64,000 bases of DNA from Macrostomum lignano. Its lineage: Eukaryota. The stretch is from the NCBI GenBank assembly GCA_002269645.1, contig NIVC01003368.1:37451-101450 (forward strand), read 5' to 3'. Below are positions 37,204-48,806 of this stretch, in pieces. The notes beneath the pieces are model-generated. The model worked only from the letters and a program-made list of their open reading frames with translations, ran no database searches and had not been told where the DNA came from. The position numbers were made by a program, and so were the translations under genes. How positions within the stretch are numbered: position 1 is the first letter of the stretch; each line of letters opens with the position of its first letter.

Positions 37204-39267
37204 ATGTCTACTGAATCGCAAAAGCAGCAATCTGTTAGCCAGGGTAGAATCGATCAACTGCAGGGCACATTCGGCTTCATCAAATCCTATTCTCCAAGCG
37301 AGGGTAGACTATTTTTTCACTTCAAAGACTTGCCGCCTGAGCAGCCGCCTGACAGCTTGAAAATTGGCGACTCCGTTGAGTTTCGTATCCGGCGGGACCC
37401 CAGAGGGGGCAACAAGCGGGTTCAGGCGTACTGCGTCAGTAAGACTGGACAGAACACGGCCAACCAACAGCCAATACAGTCCCAGTCTAGTGTTAGTTCA
37501 ACAGTGCTAGAGGGCACAGTTGTATCGCCTTGTAAGCCGGGCGAACCCGGCAAAATAGCGCACGTGTTTAATGGCGAATATTTCTTTTTGCCCTACACTA
37601 AAGAGTCCGTTCGGAATGGCGAGTCACTCAATGCTGGCGAGTTGGTGTTCTTCCAGGTGAGAATGCGTTTGATGCAAGATTTAGGCTTCACTTGGCGTTA
37701 TCCATGAGTGTTATAGACGTTTTTGTTTAAGCTAGCCACCCCTAGATAAGGGCCACAGGCACCCCTAGATAAGAGTCACAACCAGCCATTCCTAGATAAG
37801 TCACAGCCAGCCACCCCTAGATAAGAGCCACAGTCAGCCCTAGATAAGAGTCACAGCCACCCGTAGATAAGAGTCACAGCCGCCCCTAGATAAGAGCCAC
37901 AGCCAGCCCTAGATAAGAGTCACAGCCACCCGTAGATAAGTCACAGCCAGCCACCCCTAGATAAGAGCCACAGCCACCCGTAGATAAGAGTCACAGCCAC
38001 CCGTAGATAAGAGTCACAGCCACCCCTAGATAAGATTCACAGCCGCCCCTAAAGAAAGTCACACCAAGCCAGACATGCATCCCTCCGCTCCTCAGGTGGC
38101 CTCTGGTCCAGGGGACCCGGACAGCCACGCCAGCGCCTCCTGGGCCGTGAACGTGCATCGTCCTGCAGCCAGCAGGTGCCGCGGTATTGTGAGCTCCTTA
38201 AAAGACAACTACGGTTTCATAGAACGCGAGGATCGAGTCCAGGACGTGCATTTCCATTTTTCTGGCTGTCCGGAAGGCCGTCAGCCCCCACTGGGCGCCC
38301 CAGTTGAGTTCAGTCTGCAGCTGAGTCGCAGCGGCAGGGAGACGGCTACGGATATTATGCTGCTACCAGCCGGTAGTGTCACCTTTGCCGATATTGACCA
38401 GCGAAGGCTTATTGGCACCCTGCTGCGGCTGCCGACACACCAGCGGAAGGAGCCGCTTACTGGACAGGTAAAAGTGCGCAGAGACCTGCAGTGCTAGCTA
38501 GAATCGCCCCTGATCACATTGAGAATCGCCCCTGATCACATTGAGAATCGCCCCTGATCACATTGAGAATCGCCCCTGATCACATTGAGAATCGCCCCTG
38601 ATCACATTGAGAATCGCCCCTGCTCACATTGAGAATCGCCCCCATCGACCAGGTGAGCTTCCAGTGCCCGGACACCGGCGCATTCGTCCAGCTGCCTTTC
38701 GGCTCGGCCGATCTGTCCAGCCGTTGCAGCCTTCGACCGGGCGACCGGGTCGCCTTCAACGCTGCCACGGATCGTCGAGATCGCCTGCGTCGGGCCACCG
38801 CCATCGAGCTCGACCCCGTCGAGACGTTCGGCCAAAGCTACGACTCGGCCGCCGGCGTCAACTCACCGCAGAGGGAGCCGCGTCGCCAAGGCGTCGTGCA
38901 CGTGTCTCCGTCGCCTAGCAACAAAGGCCTGCTGGTGTCCGACAGTCAGTCTTTTCAATTCGACGCCTACGAACTCGTTGGCGACGATCTGGTTGGCAAT
39001 GTTGGCGACCTGGTGCAGTTCTCGGTGTCCGACGGCGCCCCCGATGTGGCGGTCAGGCTGTGCCGACTCCCCGCCGAGGCTGCCGCCGCGTCCGCCGACC
39101 GGCTGACCCTCATGAGGCCCCAGCTGCTAACCGGCGTGCTGCACCAGGCCGACACCGAGCCCGGCATCATCATGTACAATTGCGCTGGCCGGGAGAAGCC
39201 CGTTTGCTGTCCGCTGACTCAGGTCTGTGTCTGTCTGTCTGTCCGTCTGTCTGTCTGTCTGACTACC

Positions 39268-39314
<47 letters not shown>

Positions 39315-39341
39315 GACTACCTCTGTCTGTCTGTCTGTCTA

Positions 39342-39407
<66 letters not shown>

Positions 39408-39419
39408 CGTTCTCCGTTC

Positions 39420-39487
<68 letters not shown>

Positions 39488-39506
39488 GCCTGTCTGTCTG
39501 ACTGCC

Positions 39507-39549
<43 letters not shown>

Positions 39550-39558
39550 GGATGTCTG

Positions 39559-39589
<31 letters not shown>

Positions 39590-39688
39590 ACTGCCCGTCT
39601 GTCTGTCTGTCTGTCTGTCTGTCTGACTGCCCGTCTGACTGCCCGTCTGACTGCCCGTCTGTCTGTCTGTCTGTCTGTCTAACTGCCC

Positions 39689-39728
<40 letters not shown>

Positions 39729-39779
39729 GGATGTCTGTTGTCTGTCTGTCTGTCTGTCAGTCTGTCTGTCTGACTGCCC

Positions 39780-39811
<32 letters not shown>

Positions 39812-39926
39812 GACTGCCCGTCTGACTGCCCGTCTGTCTGTCTGTCTGTCTGACTGCCCGTCTAACTGCCCGTCTGTCTGTCTGTCTGTCTGTCTGTCTA
39901 ACTGCCCGTCTATCTGTCTGACTGCC

Positions 39927-39971
<45 letters not shown>

Positions 39972-40482
39972 GACTGCCCGTCCCATCTCTCTATCTGTCT
40001 ATCTATCTACCCACCCCGCAAACCAATGACAGATCTCGGGCGGTGCCAGGAACGACCGGGTGCAGTTCCAGCTGCTGGAATTCCCGGTCACCGGCGCCAG
40101 TCTGGCCTGCAATGTCCGCCTGATCGACAAGGCAGCCGACCAAGTCCCTGCCGTGGCTTCAAACTCGCAGCAGCCGCAGCAGCAGCCGCAGGCTTCGAAG
40201 CCGGCATCAAAGTCAAACTTGTCTGGATCTTCAGCCACTCAGCAGCAGCCGACCCAGCCGCTGCCGCCGCAGCCGCGGCCCGACAGACTTCGGCACCGAT
40301 TGAAAACTCTGGTGGACGCCCAGGACGGGCCTCGCCTTGTGCTGATCAGGCAGCCTGCCCGGCCAGACGGCACAAAAGGATTCGTCAACCGGCCCCGGCG
40401 GCAGACGCCCTCTGGACTTCAAACCGACTGCAGCGCCGGTGCCGCCCTGACTGTTGAAACTGCCGCTCTGACTGTCCAGTGA
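37204..40482 (+). CDS. CSDE1: Cold shock domain-containing protein E1 (UNR), 4 exons, ~614 aa
   Basis: Exons 37204-37656 (GRIDQLQGTFGFIK..LFFHF), 38096-38467 (GIVSSLKDNYGFIER..VHFHFS), 38653-39222, 40033-40482 (SUZ-C-like RLKTLVDAQDGPRLVLIRQPARPDGTKGF). All introns are phase 0 GT-AG; total 1845 nt. The exon 3 acceptor could alternatively be 38664. Confidence 0.88.
37733..38052. repeat. ~23-bp minisatellite (CCCCTAGATAAGAGTCACAGCCA)n in CSDE1 intron 1
   Basis: Visible tandem unit with length variants. Confidence 0.93.
38500..38642. repeat. 22-bp minisatellite (GAGAATCGCCCCTGATCACATT)n in CSDE1 intron 2
   Basis: ~6.5 near-perfect copies ending ~10 nt before the acceptor. Confidence 0.95.
39223..40005. 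repeat. Interrupted (TCTG)n microsatellite forming CSDE1 intron 3
   Basis: Begins at the donor GT itself (CAG|GTCTGT). Confidence 0.97.
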
Positions 40483-40560
40483 AGCTTCGCATATATCTGG
40501 GTCGTCTCGATCTGGCTCCTGTGCGGCCCCTTGTTAAGTATTTTTCCTGGGTTGAGCTGT

Positions 40561-41152
40561 CAGTCACTCAGCAGCAGTGTGTGTGGTGTGTGGGGCTGCC
40601 TCTCCACTTCCCAGTCAGCAGCAGTGTGTGTGGTGTGTGGGGCTGCCTCTCCACTCCCCAGTCAGCAGCAGTGTGTGTGGTGTGTGGGGCTGCCTCTCCA
40701 CTCCCCAGTCAGCAGCAGTGTGTGTGGTGTGTGGGTCTGCCTCTCCACTCCCCAGTCAGCAGCAGTGTGTGTGGTGTGTGGGTCTGCCTCTCCACTCCCC
40801 AGTCAGCAGCAGTGTGTGTGGTGTGTGGGTCTGCCTCTCCACTCCACAGTCAGCAGCAGTGTGTGTGGTGTGTGGGGCTGCCTCTCCACTCCCCAGTCAG
40901 CAGCAGTGTGTGTGGTGTGTGGGGCTGCCTCTCCACTCCCCAGTCAGCAGCAGTGTGTGGTGTGTGGGGCTGCCTCTCCACTCCCCAGTCAGCAGCAGTG
41001 TGTGGTGTGTGGGGCTGCCTCTCCACTCCCCAGTCAGCAGCAGTGTGTGTGGTGTGTGGGGCTGCCTCTCCACTCCCCAGTCAGCAGCAGTGTGTGTGGT
41101 GTGTGGGGCTGCCTCTCCACTCCCCAGTCAGCAGCAGTGTGTGTGTGGTGTG
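40561..41152. repeat. 47-bp minisatellite 3' of the CSDE1 stop
   Basis: Unit CAGTCAGCAGCAGTGTGTGTGGTGTGTGGGGCTGCCTCTCCACTCCC, ~12 copies. Confidence 0.96.
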
Positions 41153-41662
41153 TCAGGTGTGGCCGCCACATGTCTAATAGCTGATTAAATATTTTGCCAC
41201 TAATTGTCAAAAACTTTAATTTAAATTGATTTGTAAAAGAAAAAGATTACCAAAAAGACAGCAGCTTGGTCCACCGGTGCTATTGTAATGAACTTGTATC
41301 AAACATAGAAGCACTGGTAGTGACTTTTAATTTCTTTAAAGCAGCGTGTTTCTAAAGGCATGTAATTCACTCAATCGAGACCTTTATTAACATAATTTTG
41401 TTAAAAGCCTTTCCTGCATTGAACAGTCATTTTTGTCGGCTTAAAACGCTAGGCTCAGACAATATACGCAACCACATGGAATTTTGTTTAATGCAATAAT
41501 TGTTCTTGTTTGATTAATTTATAATATTGTGTACAATCTGTGTACTGTACAGTTTATAAAAGCGCCTAATTTTTCATTAAAGTTGAAACAGCAACCCTAA
41601 TACCAAAATTCAATGTACGTATATTTAATATTTTATTTTAATGGATCACTCAATTTAATGTT

Positions 41663-42027
41663 TTTTTTTTATTAGAGGCAGGGGGGTTGTGTGCACCCTG
41701 GCGCACTTTAAGCGACATAGGCACACAACCGGCGAGAGGCATTGCTGCCCATTCCGCCGACTCCCCTGAGCAGGCATACAAGCGCGCGGATACGTACGCA
41801 GGCACACACTCACACAGGAGTGTACAGCGGCCCTAACTTTATATTATCGTTAGGCATGTACACTTCACTGCGCCTTGGGGGGTTGGCTCTCAAGGCCGTT
41901 AATTGCACGAGCAGAGCCAAGCCGAGATTCCAATTCAGCCCCAAATTAATGTGACTGCACTTGGAATCGAGCCTGGGTCGCTGGCACACCAGAGCAGCTG
42001 CGCTACCGCTGGGCTACGGCCCCCCTG
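41663..42027 (-). mobile_element. Full-length tRNA-derived SINE (~365 bp) with poly(A) tail and 11-bp TSD
   Basis: rc: A-box TAGCCCAGCGG, B-box GGCTCGATTCC, unique body, tail CTCTAATAAAAAAAA; TSD AATTTAATGTT at 41652-41662 and 42028-42038. Confidence 0.88.
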
Positions 42028-42279
42028 AATTTAATGTTAGAAAAGTTACTAGCAATCTAGTGCGGCCCCCCTTCGGGGCGCCCAATAAGAAAGGAGCAAA
42101 AATAGTTCATGGAAAACAATAACAAAACACATTTTCTTAAACACTAATTCCTTCTTCACATTTTAAAAATCACCCTATTCGTGTAAAATTGTCACGGACT
42201 AAGATGTTTGCAAAATTAAAAATCATTTTCTCTAAAATTAACAAACAGTCAACAAAATATCGTTTCCCTAAATAGAAAA

Positions 42280-42680
42280 TATTCCCAAGACAGCAAGCAA
42301 CCCCCTCCAAAAGTGAACAATCGCAGATAGCAAGCATCCTCTAATGCTCATAGCAAGAATCACCACAGATAGCAAGCATCTGCAGATTAGCAAGCACCCC
42401 CCAGATATTATAGAAGCATCCACCCAGATAGCAAGCATCCTGCAGATAGCAAGAATCCCTAAATAGCAAGCATCCTGCAGATAGCAAGAATCCCTAAATA
42501 GCAAGCATCCTGCAGATAGCAAGAATCCCTAAATAGCAAGCATCCTGCAGATAGCAAGAATCCCTGAATAGCAAGCATCCCTGGATAGAAAGAATCCCAT
42601 GCATGTAGCCAGTACCCCCTCTCCCAAATAGCAAGTATCCCCCCTCGAGAGCAAGCATCCACGAGACAGCAAGTAGCTAG
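42280..42680. repeat. Degenerate ~18-bp tandem repeat (AGATAGCAAGCATCCTGC-type)
   Basis: Recurrent ATAGCAAG(C/A)ATCC core. Confidence 0.8.
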
Positions 42681-42759
42681 TGCAAATGTTACTTCCGCTA
42701 ATGCAATAATCGCTTTCTCAGGTTGTGCAACAATCCACGTCTCAGCGAGCGCAATAATC

Positions 42760-45178
42760 TCTTTTTTAGACAGCGCAGTAATCAGCTTCTCAGCTAGTGC
42801 AATAATGCTTGGTTTATTAATAGCAATAATCCTTGATTAATCAAGTGCAATAATCCTTGGTTTATCAAGTGCAATAATCCTTGGTTTATCAAGTGCAGTA
42901 ATCTTTGGCTTATAAAGTGCAATAATCCTTGGTTTATCAAGTGCAATAATCCTTTGTTTATCAAGTGCAATAATCCTTGGTTTATCAAGTGCAATAATCC
43001 TTGGTTTATTAAGTGCAATAATCCTTGGTTTATTAAGTGCAATAATCCTTGGTTTATCTAGCGCAGTAATCCTTGGCTTATCAGGTGCAATAATCCTTGG
43101 TTTATCAAGTGCAATATTTGTTTATCAAGTGCAATAATCCTTGGTTTATCAAGTGAAATAATCCTTGGTTTATCAAGTGCAATAATCCTTGGCTTATCAA
43201 CTGCAATAATCCTTGGTTTATCAAGCGCAGTAATCTTTGGCCTATCAAGTGCAATAATCCTTGGTTTATCAAGTGCAGTAATCCTTGGCCTATCAAGTGC
43301 AATAATCCTTGGTTTATCAAGTGCAATAATCCTTGGTTTATCAAGTGTAATAATCCTTGGTTTATCAAGTGCAATAATCCTTGGCTTATCAACTGCAATA
43401 ATCCTTGGTTTATCAAGTGCAATAATCCTTGGTTTATCAAGCGCAGTAATCCTTGGCCTATCAAGTGCAATAATCCTTGGCTTATCAAGTGCAATAATCC
43501 TTGGTTTATCAAGTGCAATAATCCTTGGTTTATCAAGTGCAGTAATCCTTGGCCTATCAAGTGCAATAATCCTTGGTTTGCCAAGAGCAATAATCCTTAG
43601 TTTATCGAGTGCAGTAATCCTTAGTTTTCCAAGTGCAGTAATCCTTGGTTTATTAAGAGCAATAATCCTTGGCTTATCGAGTGCAGTAATCCTTGGTTTG
43701 CCAAGAGCAATAATCCTTGGTTTATCAAGTGCAATAATCCTTGGTTTATCAAGTGCAATAATCCTTGGTTTATCAAGTGCAATAATCCTTGGTTTATCAG
43801 ATGCAATAATCCTTGGCTTATCAACTGCAATAATCCTTGGTTTATCAAGTGCAATAATCCTTGGCTTATCAAGTGCAATAATCCTTGGTTTATCAAGTGC
43901 AATAATCCTTGGTTTATCAAGCGCAGTAATCTTTGGCCTATCAAGTGCAATAATCCTTTGTTTATCAAGTGCAATAATCCTTGGTTTATCAAGTGCAATA
44001 ATCTTTGGTTTATCAGATGCAATAATCCTTGGCTTATCAACTGCAATAATCATTGGTTTATCAAGTGCAATAATCCTTGGCTTATCAAGTGCAATAATCC
44101 TTGGTTTATCAAGTGCAATAATCCTTGGTTTATCAAGCGCAGTAATTTTTGGCCTATCAAGTGCAATAATCCTTGGTTTATCAAGTGCAGTAATCCTTGG
44201 CCTATCAAGTGCAATAATCCTTGGTTTATCAAGTGCAATAGTCTTTGGTTTATCGAGTGCAGTAATCCTTAGTTTTCCAAGTGCAGTAATCCTTGGTTTA
44301 TTAAGAGCAATAATCCTTGGTTTATCGAGTGGAGTAGTCCTTGGTTTATTAATATCAATAATCCTTGAATAATCCAGTGCATTAATCCTTGGCTTATCAA
44401 GTGCAACATTCTTTACTATCAAGTGCAATAATCCATGGCTTATCAAGTGCAATAATCCTTGGCTTATCAAGTGCAATAATCCTTGGTTTATCAAGTGCAA
44501 TAATCCTTTGTTTATCAAGTGCAATAATCCTTTGTTTATCAAGTGCAATAATCCTTTGTTTATCAAGTGCAATAATCCTTGGTTTATCAAGCGCAGTAAT
44601 CCTTGGCTTATCAAGTGCAATAATCCTTGGTTTATCAAGTGCAATAATCCTTGGTTTATCAAGCGCAGTAATCTTTGGCCTATCAAGTGCAATAATCCTT
44701 GGTTTATCAAGTGCTGTAATCCTTGGCCTATCAAGTGCAATATTCCTTGGTTTATCAAGTGCAATAGTCCTTGGTTTATCGAGTGCAGTAATCCTTGGTT
44801 TTCCAAGTGCAATAATCCTTGGCTTCTTGAGTGCAGTAATCCTTGGTTTGCCAAGAGCAATAGTCCTTGGTTTATCGAGTGCAGTAATCCTTGGTTTTCC
44901 AAGTGCAATAATCCTTGGTTTATTAATAGCAATAATCCTTGGCTTCTTGAGTGCAGTAATCCTTGGTTTGCCAAGAGCAATAGTCCTTGGTTTATCGAGT
45001 GCAGTAATCCTTGGTTTTCCAAGTGCAATAATCCTTGGCTTCCTGAGTGCAGTAATCCTTGGTTTGCCAAGAGCAATAGTCCTTGGTTTATCGAGTGCAG
45101 TAATCCTTGGTTTTCCAAGTGCAGTAATCCTTGGTTTATTAATAGCAATAATCCTTGGCTTATCGAGTGCAGTAATCT
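42760..45178. repeat. 2.4-kb 24-bp satellite (AGTGCAATAATCCTTGGTTTATCA)n, ~100 copies with higher-order blocks
   Basis: Visible unit; explains the 696-aa LHLINQGL/ALDKPRII ORF and overlapping ORFs. Confidence 0.98.
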
Positions 45179-45250
45179 AAGTGTTTTTATTTAGTCCTTT
45201 AATAAAACCTTTTAATAAAAAATTTTACACTACTACTTTTAAACTACTTA

Positions 45251-45305
45251 GATTCGAACCTAGGTCGCTGCATTAGCAGTCTGGTCTGTTCAGCTCTAGG
45301 CTAGC
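45251..45305 (-). mobile_element. tRNA-like SINE head fragment
   Basis: rc AGCTAGCCTAGAGCTG..GACCTAGGTTCGAATC: degenerate A-box and canonical B-box; no full cloverleaf. Confidence 0.5.
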
Positions 45306-45484
45306 TCTCATCGAAGTTATCAGTGATGTTGTACCACTTATATAATTCAACACTCACACCAAGTCAGGTAGAGTAAAAAGTCACACGAAGCAGTTATGAC
45401 ATAATCAATTTCTTAGGCAAGTCAGTACCAGTGTCTATGAAAGTTTACAATATGGTTACGTAATATAAATTCAGTACTGCGCTA

Positions 45485-45870
45485 TGCTTTCACACTCAAA
45501 GCTGTGACGCAATTCAATTGAGTGTCAAATTCAGCCAGTACACAGACGATAAATAAAGTGTATTGTGATGCAATCTATTTCAGAATCAGAATTCAACCAG
45601 TCAGTTTTTCTGCTAGCATTCTTACGATGCATTTCAAGTCGAAAGAGCTGCTTGACCTTTGCAAAAAAGCATGTTTTTCGAATATTTAATCCCTTTAGCA
45701 TCAAGCAATTTCTTAGCCACGATGCATGTACTGTCACGGGAAAATTTCTGATCGAACAGTGCAAGTTCGAAGAAAATCGGTTGAGCCGTTTTTGCTAAAA
45801 TCGATCACACACACACACATACACACACACACATACCGACAGACCATTTTTAGTATATTGGAAGAAGAAT
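45485..45870 (+). mobile_element. DINE-1/Helentron-like non-autonomous element
   Basis: ..CAAGTTCGAAGAAAATCGGTTGAGCCGTTTTT..(CA)n..ACAGACCATTTTTAGTATAT; a second copy fragment lies at 5870-6045 (-). Boundaries are approximate. Confidence 0.6.
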
Positions 45871-47267
45871 ACAGAAGACTTCTAAAGTTGATAGGTGAGG
45901 CCATAGACAGCACGCGAACATCTGAACTGAGAGAAAAACAAGCTTGAAGTCTGACAATGTAGAGATGACGCACTGCTTTCGAGTGCAGCAACGACCTAGG
46001 TGCGGAGTGAGCGGAGTACCGTTTTGCGTTCGGCAATGCCCCATTGCGTTGCCACACGCATTTATGGTAAAAACAAAATCAAAATCGTTTGACAATGCAA
46101 CAAGTCTGAGATGTGTTAACTCAAATTAACAGACTTTTTTCTACCCCAAATGCATTGATTTTGAAAGCAGCGCCAAAAATTCCGTTCGTGTCCCTAAACT
46201 ACTGCTACTACTACTACTACTTACTACTACTTCTACTAAACTTTGAATTTGCTAGCAACGAGTAGTCGGCTTATGAACCTAAGAATAAGGAGTGATACAT
46301 ATTAGGTCTATGTAATCTGTGGTCTCAGTTGAGTTTTTTTTGGTCAAAAAGTTCCGTGCTGTCTATGGCCCAACCTGTCTTGGTTTGAAATCTAATCTCT
46401 TAGATTGTCTGTTTTCTAACTTGGTATATCAAAAGCAATGCCTAATTAGTTTAACGTATTTTTACTTAATTCTTCAATGGTTTAGCTTCATTATTTGTCT
46501 ATGGCCAAAGTGTCAACTTGATGGCGTCCCGGGGCACACATTTGGCATTTTGAACATAGACGAAAACGAAAACTGCGTGCGTTAAAAAAATTAAAAGACT
46601 TTATTAACCCTGTAATTCAGTTACTAATTTGTTTAAAATGATCAATTATTATTAGTGTTCTATAACTACGTTATGTACTTTCGTTGGATAACAATTGTTT
46701 ATTCCAGGTTATTCAGTGTAAAATATTCATTTTTAACATGTCCTTGCTTTACATTGTTTGCTAATACAATTCTGTAACTTATTATTTTAGTACGGTACTG
46801 CAGGCTCATAAAAATGGTTCATTTAAATTTTATGATCATTATAATAAATCATATTGGTTTGCTGCGTAATCCAATTAATTTTGATTAGCCGCCCCATTGT
46901 GTCACATATATTTGCAATGGACATCTACATGCCTGTGCCTCAGTTTCACTTGCTAAAACAGTTGCTGCCTGTTAACTTGAAAAAATCGATATTGTGTAAA
47001 AGTGATTCATTTGGTTTATGTATGTTTCTGTCAAAATCAATTTAAAATTTAAAAAATTGGGCAACGTAACCATTTTTGTCGCACTACTCACTGCAAACTA
47101 CTAAAACTACTGCTGTCTTTCGACTAATAAAAAATTAAATTGACCAGCAGAATTTACTCACTTGTGGGCCGGCATTAACATATTTTAACTTCATTCTGAC
47201 TGTCAATCTTTATTATTCATACCTGTTGCGGGTTTTATTTTAGTTTATCTAAAAAAGTATAACCCCG

Positions 47268-47725
47268 GCAGTAGTTACCTACCCTCAGGCACTTCAGTTA
47301 GCAGCAGTTTCCCTACCCTCAGGCACTTCAGTTAGCAGCAGTTACCTACCCTCAGGCACTTCAGTTAGCAGCAGTTACCTACCCTCAGGCACTTCAGTTA
47401 GCAGCAGTTACCTACCCTCAGGCACTTCAGTTAGCAGCAGTTACCTACCCTCAGGCACTTCAGTTAGCGGCAGTTTCCCTACCCTCAGGCACTTCAGTTA
47501 GCGGCAGTTTCCCTACCCTCAGGCACTTCAGTTAGCAGCAGTTTACCTACCCTCAGGCACTTCAGTTAGGAGCAGTTACCCTACCCTCAGGCACTTCAGT
47601 TAGGAGCAGTTACCCTACCCTCAGGCACTTCAGTTAGCAGCAGTTACCTGCCCCCAGGCACTTCAGTTAGCAGCAGTTACCTGCCCCCAGGCACTTCAGT
47701 TAGCAGCAGTTACCTGCCCCCAGGC
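47268..47725. repeat. 33/34-bp minisatellite (TTACCTACCCTCAGGCACTTCAGTTAGCAGCAG)n upstream of the CCDC86 exon
   Basis: ~13-14 copies ending ~35 nt before the acceptor at 47759. Confidence 0.95.
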
Positions 47726-47759
47726 CCTTCAACCAGCACTGACATCTTGCGCATTGCAG

Positions 47760-48116
47760 TCGTCAGTTCAGCCAGCAGACGTCAGCGAGGAGGCGGCACC
47801 GTTGCGAGGCCGGCCGAAGTCCGGCAAAGTGTGGAAATCCGTTCGCACTGAACGCTCCTCCTCGGCCAGATGCGACAAAGTGTTTCACACCAGCTGGTCA
47901 AAGAAGATGCAGTTGAAGCTGTCCCAGCAGGCAGCCAAAGCGATGGAGGCTGAGCTGCGAGCCAAGCGCAAAGAGGAGGCTGACGAACGGCGATCGCGCT
48001 TAGCTGCCAAGCGCAAACGACGCGAAGAGAATGTTCGAAAAGCCGAGGTCACTTGCACTATTAAAAATCCGGCCAAGATTCGCAAGACTAGGAAGCGCTT
48101 GCTGAGAAAGGTGTGA
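47760..48116 (+). CDS. CCDC86: Coiled-coil domain-containing protein 86 (Cgr1 family), terminal exon
   Basis: [45 protein letters not shown] matches the Cgr1/CCDC86 motifs. There is no upstream in-frame ATG, so it likely begins at the acceptor TTGCAG|47760; the first exon was not located. Confidence 0.85.
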   Translation, partial: SSVQPADVSEEAAPLRGRPKSGKVWKSVRTERSSSARCDKVFHTSWSKKMQLKLSQQAAKAMEAELRAKRKEEADERRSRLAAKRKRREENVRKAEVTCTIKNPAKIRKTRKRLLRKV

Positions 48117-48139
48117 GATTGGCTTGGCTGACTTTGTTG

Positions 48140-48490
48140 TACAGACAGTGACAGACAGACAGAGACAGACAGACAATGACAGACAGACAATGACAGACAG
48201 ACAATGATAGACAGACAAAATGACAGACAGTCAATGACAGACAGACAAAATGACAGACAGACAATGACAGACAGACAAAATGACAGACAGACAATGACAG
48301 ACAGACAAAATGACAGACAGACAATGACAGACAGACAAAATGACAGACAGACAATGATAGACAGACAAAATGACAGACAGACAATGACAGACAGACAAAA
48401 TGACAGACAGACAGAGACAGACAGACAATGACAGACAGACAAAATGACAGACAGACAAAATGACAGACAGACAAAGACAGACAGACAATA
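48140..48490. repeat. (GACA)n-based compound repeat (GACAGACAGACAAAAT) 3' of CCDC86
   Basis: Direct reading. Confidence 0.95.
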
Positions 48491-48806
48491 AGAGGCAGAT
48501 ATGCGGTGTCAGACAGGTTAGTGGCAGACAAGTTTAAAAAGGATGCCGACTGAAATCTGGCATTTGCGCATTATTAGCCTCTGCCTTAGCATTGGCGTTA
48601 CTGGCGTCAAATAAATTGAGTCAGCTAAGCTATGATTCGCTTTAAAGCGCTTATGAGTTGGTAATTGGTCTCGCAGTATGAGCTAATGTTATTAAAAACT
48701 TTAGAAACTTTTTTGTATTAAATTTTTTTTATTTAGTAGATTCATATATATCCTTTGAAGTAAGTCTTAATAATGGCTGCAGCACAATAATAAGCGATAT
48801 ATACTA

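Noticed and set aside
37656-40033. Introner-type intron gain suggested by CAG|GT at both ends of CSDE1 introns
   Set aside because: The same proto-splice context is seen at TRAM1 and DEG/ENaC introns, and the introns share no sequence family.
41960-42027. tRNA gene
   Set aside because: A/B boxes continue into a SINE body with poly(A) and TSD; no closed acceptor stem.
43058-45148. 696-aa ORF with LHLINQGL/ALDKPRII repeats (LRR-like look)
   Set aside because: Translation of a 24-bp satellite; it switches repeat frame at indels and has no unique N- or C-terminus or splice context.
460-47725. Regularly spaced 21-47-bp repeats as CRISPR arrays
   Set aside because: Units are head-to-tail with no unique spacers, there are no cas genes, and the context is spliced eukaryotic DNA.
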